A stretch of 64,000 nucleotides of DNA from Methanobacteriota archaeon (GCA_963720465.1 OY970393.1:1728001-1792000), one strand, 5' to 3'. Numbered from the stretch's first letter, positions 1-9,925 are shown. Numbers and translations are program-made. Notes: generated by a model from the sequence alone, not told the origin.

Positions 1-430
1 GCGAGCAAAAAGCCCCCACCTGTTGGTGACCACGTGCCCGTGGAGTCATATCTCCGCGCGATTCTGCTAGTCGGCGGTCTTTCTCGGCGCGGTAGAGCTC
101 CACAGCTTGTCGCGCTCGTTGACCGAGCAGCGTCGTCAGGGCGTCTGATGCCGCTTCTCTCACGTCGTCGTGCGCGCCGGCCAACGCATCGATAAGCGGG
201 TCGACCGCCCGGCTATCTCCCAACGCTCCTAATGCTCGGGCGGCCTCCGTGCGAACGACGTTATCTGCGTCGTCGCGCAGCACCCGGATAAGTGGCTCGA
301 CCGCAGTCAGAATGCCGAGTGCCCCAAGGGCGGCAGCAGCCGCGTAGCGAATGTTTGCGCTGGCGTTGTCGAGCTCTTGAATGAGCGGTTCAACGGCGGT
401 CCACGTGCCGCGCCATATAAAACTCGCCGT
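1..430 (-). CDS. HEAT/PBS-lyase repeat protein (runs off window start; not in ORF track)
   Basis: Manual translation: AVEPLIQELDNASANIRYAAAAALGALG..AVEPLIRVLRDDADNVVRTEAARALGALGDSRAVDPLIDAL, i.e. tandem HEAT-like repeats. Apparent start is ACG 4 nt after GGAGGTGA. Confidence 0.75.
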
Positions 431-869
431 GGCGTCACCTCCTACGCTTCGTGCGTCGCATAGGTAGTCCCATAATGATTAGGTCCTCGCCGTATTTAAA
501 GCACTTCTGCTGCGTGACCGCCGCTGATCGTTAAAGGGGGGCCGCATGACATTGAAGCCTCGCTAGAATCAACGTGACAAACGCAGCAGTGGGTCCGCAA
601 GCTCCTAAACAAGTATACTAGGCTTATTGGCAAGGACATTCGCCCCCACACCGCAGCTTTAGTTTGCCATTAACAGCGTGTGGCACGGGGTTGACCTGCG
701 TCGCCTGCAGCAAGTGCTAGGGCATACGAATATCAATACAACAGCAGTTTACTTACAGTTCAATGACCGGGATGCAAGAAGCGTATGCAAACGTGCCTTT
801 TAATTATGGAGGGAGTTGTATAAGATTATGGGTGCTTTGGAAAAATTGCCCTTATTAGAGGTAAGTGAC

Positions 870-1058
870 ATGCGAAATAACGCGACAGAAGGTGAACCGT
901 GCCTATACTGTGGTAAACCTGCGGTACGTAAAGTGCATGTGCAAGCGTCACGCTCGGTTTGCGCGGCTTGTCATAAAGAGATAGAAGGCGATCGCGTATT
1001 TGAAAACACCCAGCGAGAATATGACGCTATGGTGCCTAGATGGCGATCAGAATGTTAG
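870..1058 (+). CDS. small zinc-finger-like protein
   Basis: CLYCG...CAACH; SD-like GAGGT upstream of ATG 870. Confidence 0.5.
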   Translation: MRNNATEGEPCLYCGKPAVRKVHVQASRSVCAACHKEIEGDRVFENTQREYDAMVPRWRSEC

Positions 1059-1100
1059 CTCTATAGTTGGCCTGTAAAAGCTGTCAGGGTGTTTTCCAGA

Positions 1101-1347
1101 CTACTCTCTTTCGGCGTCAGGTCTACCGACAAGAGTGCCCAAAACAAGGCGTTTCCCTGGGTTCAAATACACGTGACGTCTCTTTTTCTCTGGTTCTTTC
1201 GTCTTCACAGTTCTTAAACTCGAAAGGAGCGTATTGAGCGCTTGGGTATCATCTAAACTAGCCTCGGACTCCTCATAGACTTTTGTTTTGACCTCTGAAA
1301 GCGCACGCCTTAGCAAGTCTACGTCTTGCCGGTTAAAATTAGTCCGC
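1101..1347 (-). pseudogene. small hypothetical protein, possibly frameshifted near its start
   Basis: Strong SD (GAGGAGG). The frame KRTNFNRQDVDLLRRALSEV.. is reached from the nearby TTG only if one A of an A-run is removed. Confidence 0.3.
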
Positions 1348-1648
1348 TTTCAATCATTTTTCCCCTCCTCTATCGGTATTTTTGCATGCATCACATTACA
1401 TCATGCATGATCGGTTTTTTCTGACGCCCATATTAGCGTCAAAATGGCCGTTATTCTAGGCGAGGAGCGTTACACAAGCTTCACTGGTTAGGCGTATACG
1501 TGCAGGAGCGATAAGAGGAGGAACATGGCTACCACCATAAGGGCGTGTCTTGCACCCAATAGCTACGTACAAATATATAATACATGTAAACTTAATCCTA
1601 CAAATTAGAGTTAGAAATAAAAGTGGGAAACATAGGAGAAAGTTAGCA

Positions 1649-1990
1649 ATGGATAATCCTGCAATGTTTGAAAATGTAAAGTTCTATGGTGCCGCCGTCG
1701 TCAGTGAGAAGGGCCAAGTGATTATTCCTGCTGAGGTACGCAAGAGATTTGGCATTAACGCCGGGGACCGGCTTCTCGTAACGGGGGCCGAGAAGATGGG
1801 CACGTGGGGTATTCTTTTCACAAAGTCTGAGGTCGTCTCAAAAGTGGTGTCACAAATGGTTCGAAGCATGTTTGGCGCGGAATTGGATGAAATCCTAGCT
1901 ACAGGCAAAAATGAGGAGAGCCTTTCCGAAGAGCCGGAAGCGTCAACGAAAGAAACCAAAACGCGCTTTCCAAAGACCGGCGACGGGTGA
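1649..1990 (+). CDS. AbrB/MazE/SpoVT family DNA-binding regulator
   Basis: VSEKGQVIIPAEVRKRFGINAGDRL motif; AGGAG upstream; abuts the ABC ATPase. Confidence 0.9.
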   Translation: MDNPAMFENVKFYGAAVVSEKGQVIIPAEVRKRFGINAGDRLLVTGAEKMGTWGILFTKSEVVSKVVSQMVRSMFGAELDEILATGKNEESLSEEPEASTKETKTRFPKTGDG

Positions 1991-2944
1991 GTGAGTGACG
2001 TGAGTGACACGAAAGACCCCATCGTCATTGAGCACCTGTCTAAGAATTACGGGGATCAGGTCGCGCTCAACGACCTTAACTTAACAATTGCGTCTGGCGC
2101 GTGCGTGGGGTACCTCGGCCCTAACGGAGCGGGCAAAACGACCACAATCAAGATCCTGACCAACCTTCTGAGAGCGACGAGTGGCAGAGCGTATCTTCAC
2201 GGCAAAGACGTCATTCGAGATCCCAAAGGCGCCCTCGAAGGCGTCGGGGCCGTCGTGGAGACGCCCGAATTCTATCCGCAGCTGACGCCACGAGAGTGCC
2301 TTTCGTACGTCGGCGAAGTGCGGGGGATGCGCCGCGACAGTATCGCCGAACGATCGCACGCCGTTTTGGAGCAGGTGAAGCTCCTCGAAGTCATCGATAA
2401 GCGCACGGGCGAATTTTCGAAAGGAATGAAGCAGCGATTGGCGATAGCGCAAGCGCTTCTGCATGATCCGTCTATTTTAATCTTCGATGAGCCTACGTCG
2501 GGCCTGGACCCGCGCGGCATGGTCGAGGTGCGCGATATCATTAAGGAGCTCAAGAGAACCGACGTCACGATCTTGATGAGCTCACACCTGCTCAACGAGG
2601 TTCAAACGGTGTGCGACAAAGTGGCGATCATCGATCGCGGCGTCCTCCTTACCTATGATTCGGTTCAGAACCTTTCCGAAGGGCAAGAGGTGACCGTGAG
2701 CATAAATACGTTGGAACCTGTTACGCGGGCCGAGTTCGAAGCCATCAGATCGCTAAACGGCGTTTCGTCAGTGAAACGCGTCGAAGCGCTCACGTTGACC
2801 GTCAGCCTCAGCGGTGGTCCAAAAATCCAGTCCAAACTGCTGCGGGCGATTCTCAACACGGGAGTCAGCGTCGTTTCCTACAGCGCGCAACACGCCGCCA
2901 TTGAAGATCTCTATCTGCATCTCATACCGGAGGGGGAGTACTAG
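1991..2944 (+). CDS. ABC-2 type transporter ATP-binding protein
   Basis: Walker A GPNGAGKTT, FSKGMKQR signature, Walker B LIFDEP. Confidence 0.95.
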   Translation: MSDVSDTKDPIVIEHLSKNYGDQVALNDLNLTIASGACVGYLGPNGAGKTTTIKILTNLLRATSGRAYLHGKDVIRDPKGALEGVGAVVETPEFYPQLTPRECLSYVGEVRGMRRDSIAERSHAVLEQVKLLEVIDKRTGEFSKGMKQRLAIAQALLHDPSILIFDEPTSGLDPRGMVEVRDIIKELKRTDVTILMSSHLLNEVQTVCDKVAIIDRGVLLTYDSVQNLSEGQEVTVSINTLEPVTRAEFEAIRSLNGVSSVKRVEALTLTVSLSGGPKIQSKLLRAILNTGVSVVSYSAQHAAIEDLYLHLIPEGEY

Positions 2945-2946
2945 CC

Positions 2947-3783
2947 GTGGCATCAAGTGATGTGCGCCAGATCGGTACCGTGACAAAGTACCAGCTCGTC
3001 AAGTACCTTCGGGGGAGGCGGCTACTGGCGATCATTCTGCTGACGGTGATTATCAGCGCCCTCTTTCTCGTTGTCCCTCCCGCCGTTGGTTCTCCGTACT
3101 ATAAAGACCCGACAGATTTCATCACGAACGCGCTTCAGTTCCTAGGCGTGCTGTCTATATTAAGCGCAACGTTCTTCGGTGCGGATGCCATCGTATCAGA
3201 ATTTGAATCGAAAACGGGCTACTTTCTCTTTCCTCATCCCATGCGTAAGACAACGATCTTTCTCGGAAAGTTCATTGCGAGCGCGCTCGTATCAGTCGGC
3301 ACCATCTCGCTCTACTACATCATCGAAGTAGTATCGGTGCGGGTGATCGACGGGAGTATTCCGGCGAATACAGGCTTGTCGTTCGCCTACTCGCTCGTGT
3401 ACCTGTTCGCCATCCTCGCCGTTGCCTACCTCTTCAGCTCCATAATGCGCAGTTCGGTGTACTCGCTGATGCTGACGTTCTTCACGTTCTTCCTCATACT
3501 GCCGATTGTCGATGCCGTCGGCTCAATCGCGAAGTTCAAGCCGTGGTTCTCGATAACCTTCGCGAACGGTATCTCACAGTACATACTCCAAAACCCCTAC
3601 CCAACCGACAAGGTATTCAACGCGACCGCCCCCCTCGGACCGAGTGCTGGAGTGGGGGGGCCGCAGGCAGTTTCACTCGTGCAATACTATCCTGACGTTC
3701 GATTGAGCCTTGCAGTAATGGCGGCGTACTTTGTCGTAGCGTTCGTGTTGGCCATCGTGCTTGCGCGGCGGAGGGAGATGTAA
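2947..3783 (+). CDS. ABC-2 type transporter permease
   Basis: About 6 TM segments, IVSEFESKTGYFLF motif, 2 nt after the ATPase. Confidence 0.9.
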   Translation: MASSDVRQIGTVTKYQLVKYLRGRRLLAIILLTVIISALFLVVPPAVGSPYYKDPTDFITNALQFLGVLSILSATFFGADAIVSEFESKTGYFLFPHPMRKTTIFLGKFIASALVSVGTISLYYIIEVVSVRVIDGSIPANTGLSFAYSLVYLFAILAVAYLFSSIMRSSVYSLMLTFFTFFLILPIVDAVGSIAKFKPWFSITFANGISQYILQNPYPTDKVFNATAPLGPSAGVGGPQAVSLVQYYPDVRLSLAVMAAYFVVAFVLAIVLARRREM

Positions 3784-3908
3784 GTGTCGAGACAAAACGT
3801 TGTTCAGGATTTTGAGAAGACGCGGAGGAAGATTTTGGAAGCAGACTATGTTAGGGTCGCAAATCCTTTTTTGTGGACGTAATCATTAGCAAATGAGGGG
3901 GCATATGC

Positions 3909-4307
3909 GTGAAATGGGTTGATGTTGCAGATACGCAAGATATTGAAGAAGGCAAAATGAGCCTTGTTGAGGTTGAAACAAGGAAGGTGGTCATCGCCAA
4001 TGTTGAGGGCACGTTCTACGCATTCAATGATCGGTGCCCGCATTCGAATGCGCCACTTCATTTGGGCACGCTTCAGGGCAAGGTAATCACGTGTGGCCTT
4101 CACTTTTCGTCGTTTGACGTAACAACTGGAAAGAAACTTTCAGATCCTAAAGAGTTGAGCGTACCGCCTGAAATAATCCAGAGTATGCCTGCTAACTTTC
4201 TTCAAATGGAGGCAAAGCTGGCTGAAATCAGGCGGCAGATCGAGACACTCGACCTTGAAACGTACGAAACCAAAACTGAGAACAACAGACTATTTGTGAG
4301 GATCTGA
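3909..4307 (+). CDS. Rieske [2Fe-2S] ferredoxin
   Basis: CPH...CGLH ligands, SSFDVTTG. Confidence 0.9.
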   Translation: MKWVDVADTQDIEEGKMSLVEVETRKVVIANVEGTFYAFNDRCPHSNAPLHLGTLQGKVITCGLHFSSFDVTTGKKLSDPKELSVPPEIIQSMPANFLQMEAKLAEIRRQIETLDLETYETKTENNRLFVRI

Positions 4308-4359
4308 AGCGCGGCGTGGACGATATTTTTCAAACTGCAACTAAAGGACGTGACAATCA

Positions 4360-5343
4360 ATGAAGGCAATCGAAACGAAAGACCTTGTGAAGAAATTCGA
4401 AGACGTTGAGGCAGTCAAAGGAATCAATCTCGACATCGAAGAGGGCGAGCTGTTCGGGCTGCTCGGGCCCAACGGCGCCGGCAAGACGACCACCATCTCC
4501 ATGCTCTGCACCATCGTCAAGCCCACGAGCGGCTCAGCGACCGTCTTCGGGCACGACGTGAAAAAAGAATCCGGCACCGTGCGCGGAATGATAGGCATCG
4601 TGTTTCAGGACCCCAGTCTCGACGATAACCTCACCGGGAAGGAAAACCTCGACTTCCACGGCCGGCTCTACAAGGTGCCCAGAAATGAAATTTCCGGGAG
4701 AATCCGCGACGTTCTCGAGCTCGTTGAACTCGCCGATAAGGCGAACGTGATCGTTAAGAAGTATTCTGGTGGTATGAAGCGGCGGTTGGAGATCGCGCGC
4801 GGCCTCCACCACCCCCCCAAGGTGCTCTTTCTCGATGAGCCCACGCTCGGGCTTGACCCGCAGACCCGGCTTCATATCTGGGAGTACATAGAGAAGCTCA
4901 ATAGAGAAAAGAAGATCACGATGATCCTAACCACGCACTACATGGACGAAGCCGATAAGTTGTGCGACCGCATCGCCATTATCGACCACGGGAAGATCGT
5001 TGCGATGGACACTCCCGAGAACCTTAAACACGACGTTGGCGGCGACGTCGTGACCATGACGGTGCCACACGGGAGTGAGCAGCTCAAGACTAAACTCGAA
5101 CAGCTCGAATTCGTGAAGTCGAGCCAACTCGTTGACGGCACATTGAGGCTCAGCGTCGACAAAGGCGACACCGCGATACCGATTTTCATGGACGTAGCGC
5201 GTCAAGAGGGGATCGCCGTGCCCTCGATTGCGCTTCACGAGCCCACGCTGGAGGACATCTTCATCAAGTACACGGGACGGGAGATTCGGGCTCAGGAGGC
5301 CGCGAGCGGGTTCGCTGCGTTCCACGGCCCGGGGAGACGCTAG
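4360..5343 (+). CDS. DrrA-family ABC exporter ATP-binding protein
   Basis: GPNGAGKTT, YSGGMKRR, LFLDEPTLGLD, LTTHYMDEAD. Confidence 0.95.
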   Translation: MKAIETKDLVKKFEDVEAVKGINLDIEEGELFGLLGPNGAGKTTTISMLCTIVKPTSGSATVFGHDVKKESGTVRGMIGIVFQDPSLDDNLTGKENLDFHGRLYKVPRNEISGRIRDVLELVELADKANVIVKKYSGGMKRRLEIARGLHHPPKVLFLDEPTLGLDPQTRLHIWEYIEKLNREKKITMILTTHYMDEADKLCDRIAIIDHGKIVAMDTPENLKHDVGGDVVTMTVPHGSEQLKTKLEQLEFVKSSQLVDGTLRLSVDKGDTAIPIFMDVARQEGIAVPSIALHEPTLEDIFIKYTGREIRAQEAASGFAAFHGPGRR

Positions 5344-5345
5344 CG

Positions 5346-6122
5346 ATGCCGAACGGACGAATGGCCTTTTTGGGTGACATCTATTCCATCTGGCTCCGGG
5401 AGATGACCCGGTACGTAAGAGCCCGGTCGCGGGTCGTTACCTCGCTTATTACTCCCCTGCTGTGGCTCATCATCTTCGGGACCGGCTTCAGCTCCGTTTT
5501 GTCAAGCGGCGCAACGAATTACATAAACTTCCTCGCACCCGGGATCCTCGGCATGGTCGTGCTCTTCACCGGGATGTTCTCCGGGATGAGCGTGATGTTC
5601 GACAAAGAATTCGGTTTTCTGAAAGAAATTCTCGTCGCCCCGGTTTCGCGAACGTCTATCGTCATCGGAAAAGCCCTCGGGGGAACGACGCAGGGAGCAA
5701 TACAGGGAGTCCTGATCTTCGGATTGTCCTATTTCATCGGCGTAAGGATATCAGGCACGCTGGGCCTTGCAGGCGCCGTGGTGCTCATACTTGTGACCAT
5801 GTTCTTTATCGGCATGGGTTTTGTGGGGCTCGGGATTAGCATCGCGTCCCGGATCGAGAATATCGAGGGCTTTCAAGTGGTCATGAACCTGCTCGTGCTC
5901 CCCATCTTCTTCCTGAGCGGCGCGTTCTTCCCGGTCACGTCGCTTCCTGCTTGGATGAAGGCGCTTGTGAATATCAACCCGCTTGCATACGGCGTCGACG
6001 CGCTGCGGTATGCTGTCACCGGACTGCACTCGTACGCCCTGACGACTGATCTCGCGGTCGTCTTCGGATTCTTTGTACTGATGATGATTGTAGGTTCGAT
6101 CCTATTTCGGAACGTGCACTAA
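5346..6122 (+). CDS. DrrB-like ABC-2 permease
   Basis: DKEFGFLKEILVAP, FLSGAFFP, NPLAYGVD. Confidence 0.95.
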   Translation: MPNGRMAFLGDIYSIWLREMTRYVRARSRVVTSLITPLLWLIIFGTGFSSVLSSGATNYINFLAPGILGMVVLFTGMFSGMSVMFDKEFGFLKEILVAPVSRTSIVIGKALGGTTQGAIQGVLIFGLSYFIGVRISGTLGLAGAVVLILVTMFFIGMGFVGLGISIASRIENIEGFQVVMNLLVLPIFFLSGAFFPVTSLPAWMKALVNINPLAYGVDALRYAVTGLHSYALTTDLAVVFGFFVLMMIVGSILFRNVH

Positions 6123-6339
6123 TGTAATGCAATCAGGTTATCCACGAATGCAAGAACAAAGGGTCTTGTGTCGCTAGCACAGCGCAGAGTCATAGCTGAA
6201 CTGTGAGAGGTACGAAATGGACGCTTCTCGAGATACTGGGAAATGACGCTGCACGTAGGGCCGTCCGCTGGTCTCCGTTCTTTTTGCTCTCCATGTTCTA
6301 CAGCTGGACTTTAAGGACCAACAGGAAGGGCGAAAGCGT

Positions 6340-6897
6340 ATGATTGAACCACGGGACACGATTAAGATTGTAAATGTGGTTGGTTCCACCAACATTGGAC
6401 AAAAAATAAACCTCAAGCAAGTAACGCTCGATTTAGAAGGCGCAGAGTATAATCCTAAAGAATTTCCCGGCCTGGTTTACCGTACCAAGAACCCGAAGGC
6501 GGCTGCATTACTCTTTGCATCGGGAAAAATGGTCTGTACTGGCGCAAAGAGCATAGATGATGTTCACAAAGCTGTTGAAAGTGTATTTCACAGTCTAAGA
6601 AATATCGGAATCGACGCGATGGGAACGCCGGAGATCATGGTGCAAAACATCGTCGCGACAGCAAATCTTCACTCAAGTCTAAATCTAAATGCAATTGCCC
6701 TCGGTCTCGGGCTCGAGAACATTGAGTACGAGCCCGAACAGTTTCCCGGCCTTGTGTACCGTTTGTCAGATCCTAAAGTGGTGCTTCTCTTGTTTAGTTC
6801 TGGCAAGCTTGTCATCACGGGCGGGAAAAAGCCCGAAGATCCGATCAATGCGGTCGATCGGCTCGTTGAAGAGCTTAAAAGCCTGAGCCTTCTATAA
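6340..6897 (+). CDS. tbp: TATA-box binding protein
   Basis: Two TBP repeats: EYNPKEFPGLVYR..FASGKMVCTG and EYEPEQFPGLVYR..FSSGKLVITG. Confidence 0.97.
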   Translation: MIEPRDTIKIVNVVGSTNIGQKINLKQVTLDLEGAEYNPKEFPGLVYRTKNPKAAALLFASGKMVCTGAKSIDDVHKAVESVFHSLRNIGIDAMGTPEIMVQNIVATANLHSSLNLNAIALGLGLENIEYEPEQFPGLVYRLSDPKVVLLLFSSGKLVITGGKKPEDPINAVDRLVEELKSLSLL

Positions 6898-6909
6898 GTC
6901 TCGGTCGCT

Positions 6910-6979
6910 GCTCGCCGTTATTCACAATCCTGATATCGTCGTGTTGGACGAACCCCCAGTAGATTTAGAGCCGCGGTCC
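6910..6979 (+). pseudogene. 70-bp fragment of an ABC ATPase gene (Walker B region)
   Basis: Ungapped match to 30813-30882; 10 mismatches in 70 nt by manual count. Confidence 0.8.
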
Positions 6980-7311
6980 AACCGGTTGCGGTGGGATTTG
7001 CTCGTTCACGCAAAAGCTGGTATGGCCTCCACATCTGCTGCAGGAACACTGACAATCCGAACTGCACAAAGTGCGCAATGCGCCTCGTCCACGCAGTGAA
7101 CAGCACGCTTGGCCCCCAGGCGCCGGCATGGGTGCAATCCGTTGATGCGGCAAGAGCGGATACGCGTGATGGTGCAGACCTGCAGACTCACCAACTACTT
7201 ACGCCGACGGTGGCCTCGAAGCCGCTCTCGGAGCAGCGGTGAAACGGCACGGAACTCCGCGAGATACAAGCGTGAAAGCTAGAGCTGTAGGAGCTTTCGG
7301 CACAACCGCGC

Positions 7312-7569
7312 TCACGACCCCTCATGCGCATAGCCATATTCCCGGCTTTGATGTATCTGCACCTGAATCCTCTTGATAATCCGTCGCAACTGCTAACGTG
7401 CGCTGTTGAGTAGCCATGCATCGTGCATGCGATATCGTAGGTACTGATAGGCTTGCCAATTGGTCGAGCACTTCCTGAAAAGTTTTTCCGCAGCCATATC
7501 GGCATAGTCGTTTTTGTAGTCCGCGATTTGAAGGATGCGCTCATCGACTTCTGCCCGATCGTCGTTCAT
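7312..7569 (-). pseudogene. hypothetical gene with in-frame TAG (copy 1 of dispersed repeat)
   Basis: MNDDRAEVDERILQIADYKNDY...NSAR*QLRRIIKRIQVQIHQSREYG; paralogous to 10525-10770. Confidence 0.55.
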
Positions 7570-7712
7570 GGGGCAAGATGGCAGGTCACTCTGGGTGGGG
7601 TGCTAAACTCTTCATTGCCACTTAACTGGCTGGGAACGTGAGTACGATGCTGCTCAGAAGATTGCGGCAGAGGCATATCCGGCTCCGTCAGGCTCTGCGC
7701 GCGGTCAGATAG

Positions 7713-8057
7713 TTATGAAGCGCCTTCTATTACCTTGTCGAAAAAAAAGGTGATTTTTTCAAACCTTTCTTTGTTGCGTTTCGCAAAATCGAAAAGGGCC
7801 GCCTTCCCAGCAGGTGTAATTTCAATGAGGATTTTCCTTCTGCGGCCTCCTGGCTCTGTACCGGCGGCCTTGGACTTTTTTGCTTTTACGAATCCACTTT
7901 GCTCTAGGCTCCCCAGCACGGGGTAGATGTTTCCTGGTGTCGGGGAAAAGTAACCCTCGGTTATCTCGGTGATGATCTTGGCGATCCTATATCCGCTGAG
8001 TTCTCCCTGTTGGCGCAGAACGTATAGCACAAAGAACGCATACAGCTTTTCCGCCAT
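7713..8057 (-). CDS. PadR family transcriptional regulator
   Basis: LSGYRIAK..PTPGNIYPVLGSLEQSG..EITPAG. Confidence 0.92.
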   Translation of the reverse strand: MAEKLYAFFVLYVLRQQGELSGYRIAKIITEITEGYFSPTPGNIYPVLGSLEQSGFVKAKKSKAAGTEPGGRRRKILIEITPAGKAALFDFAKRNKERFEKITFFFDKVIEGAS

Positions 8058-8085
8058 GAGGAGCACTATACAGAAAGATATTTAA

Positions 8086-8106
8086 ATATATATCTCTGAC
8101 ATATAT
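8086..8106. promoter_or_regulatory. putative PadR operator palindrome in divergent promoter
   Basis: ATATATATC-TCT-GACATATAT (one mismatch). Confidence 0.45.
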
Positions 8107-8221
8107 ATCGGTGACCGATTTATGGATAAGAGAATAATTAACTGGCTACGCTGTCGATAATCCGATTGCCGAACTTACGCAACAATAATTCTCAAACGGC
8201 AACTGAGGGACGTAACAGTCA

Positions 8222-8308
8222 ATGAAGGCAATCGTCAACGAACAGAAGATTCGGGCGCCGAGGGCCTCGAGCGGGTTCGCTGCGTTCCGTGGTCCGGGGA
8301 GACGTTAG
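8222..8308 (+). pseudogene. collapsed DrrA-like ATPase vestige (28-aa mini-ORF)
   Basis: MKAI + ..IRAPRASSGFAAFRGPGRR* matches the N- and C-termini of 4360..5343; the upstream leader is also homologous. Confidence 0.85.
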
Positions 8309-8310
8309 CG

Positions 8311-9117
8311 ATGCCAAACGCAATAACGAGCTTCCTAACTGACGTCTATTCGATTTGGCTCAGAGAGATGACCCGGTACGTCAGAGCCCGGTCGCGAGTC
8401 GTTATCTCGTTCGTTCAACCGATGGCGTGGCTCATCATATTCGGAGTAGGATTCAGCGCATCACTCGGCTCATCACTGCAATTCGCCGGGTCGACAGGCA
8501 CGACGAATTACCTCGACTTCCTGGTCCCGGGGCTCCTCGGCTTTATGGCAATTCTTAACAGTCTTACCTCGTCCTCAGGGATGAGCTTCATGTTCGACAA
8601 GCAGTTCGGCTTTCTCAAAGAGATCCTCGTTGCTCCGGTCGCACGATCCTCGATACTCCTCGGCAAGGCGCTTGGAGGAACGACTACGGCAATGATCCAG
8701 GGAATTGTCGTCGTTGTCGTTGCAGCATTTCTCGGAGTAAGACTATCAGGCCCTCTGGGACTTCCCGCTGCGTTCGCCCTCGTCGTGGTGACTATGTTCT
8801 TCATCACCATGGGTTTTAGCGAGCTGGGGATGAGCTTCGCGTCCCAGGTCGAGAGCATCGAGGGTTTTCAGGTGGTGGTGGTCTTCTTGGCCTTGCCGCT
8901 CTCTTTCCTGAGCGGCGCGCTTTTCCCCGTCACTTCGCTGCCCGGCTGGATGAAAGCGCTGGTAGATATCAATCCGCTCACGTATGCCGTTGACGCATTG
9001 CGGTACGCCTTTACAGGACTGCACGCGTACCCTCTCACGCTCGACTTCGGCGTCGTTGTTGGATTCTTCATTCTGATGACCATCATCAGCACCCTCCTGT
9101 TTAGGGACGTGCATTGA
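8311..9117 (+). CDS. DrrB-like ABC-2 permease (paralog of 5346..6122)
   Basis: YSIWLREMTRYVRARSRVV identical to the paralog; DKQFGFLKEILVAP. Confidence 0.93.
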   Translation: MPNAITSFLTDVYSIWLREMTRYVRARSRVVISFVQPMAWLIIFGVGFSASLGSSLQFAGSTGTTNYLDFLVPGLLGFMAILNSLTSSSGMSFMFDKQFGFLKEILVAPVARSSILLGKALGGTTTAMIQGIVVVVVAAFLGVRLSGPLGLPAAFALVVVTMFFITMGFSELGMSFASQVESIEGFQVVVVFLALPLSFLSGALFPVTSLPGWMKALVDINPLTYAVDALRYAFTGLHAYPLTLDFGVVVGFFILMTIISTLLFRDVH

Positions 9118-9289
9118 TATTAGTACGCACTCGCGGGGGGGAATGTTGCAGAGCTCGTGCGAATATTACGCTTGCAACTGTTCATTGAGTGCTAGACCTG
9201 CTGTCTAAACGTCGTGGGTGCAAATACCGATATATGGGAACAACCACAGATTCGTAAAAAAAACGACCGGAAATAGGAGATCGTTAGTG

Positions 9290-9925
9290 ATGTGGATCGC
9301 AGATAACGTGTATGAAGTCAAATCGAGGGCAGTCAGTATGTTCGTGTACACGGCAGCTGATTCGCCAATCTGCTTCGACACCGGCATTAGTGCGGAGCCC
9401 GCCAAACGAGAGTTTGATGCGCTTGGTTTCAAGCCTGAGCACGTGAAGTATGTGTTTCTCACGCATACCGACAGCGACCACGTGGGCGGCCTGAATCTTT
9501 TCAAAAATGCCAACGTGTACTTGTCGATCGATGAAGAGCAGATGATTAATAGATCAACGCCGCGGGGCTTAGGGTTCGTGCATAATCCACCGCTTAAAAA
9601 ACCCTACACACTGCTCAAAGATGGAGATATTGTGCAGGCGGGAGAGACGAGAATAGAGGCGCTAGCAACGCCAGGCCACACTCCAGGCTCGATGTCGTAC
9701 TTGGTGAATGATTCGATTCTGTTCGTTGGCGATACGCTGGCCCTAAAAGGAGGCAAGGTTCGTCCATTCTCAAGGCTACACCTGAGAGACATGATGAACA
9801 TGGACATCGCCACACAAACCGAATCAGTAAAAAAGTTGGCACAACTCAAGAACATATCTCTGATGGTCACTGCGCACACTGGTTTCACAGCGGATTTTCA
9901 ATCCGCGATGAGCAACTGGGTATAG
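9290..9925 (+). CDS. MBL-fold metallo-hydrolase
   Basis: THTDSDHVGG, TPGHTPGS, VGD, TAH; AGGAG SD. Confidence 0.9.
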   Translation: MWIADNVYEVKSRAVSMFVYTAADSPICFDTGISAEPAKREFDALGFKPEHVKYVFLTHTDSDHVGGLNLFKNANVYLSIDEEQMINRSTPRGLGFVHNPPLKKPYTLLKDGDIVQAGETRIEALATPGHTPGSMSYLVNDSILFVGDTLALKGGKVRPFSRLHLRDMMNMDIATQTESVKKLAQLKNISLMVTAHTGFTADFQSAMSNWV

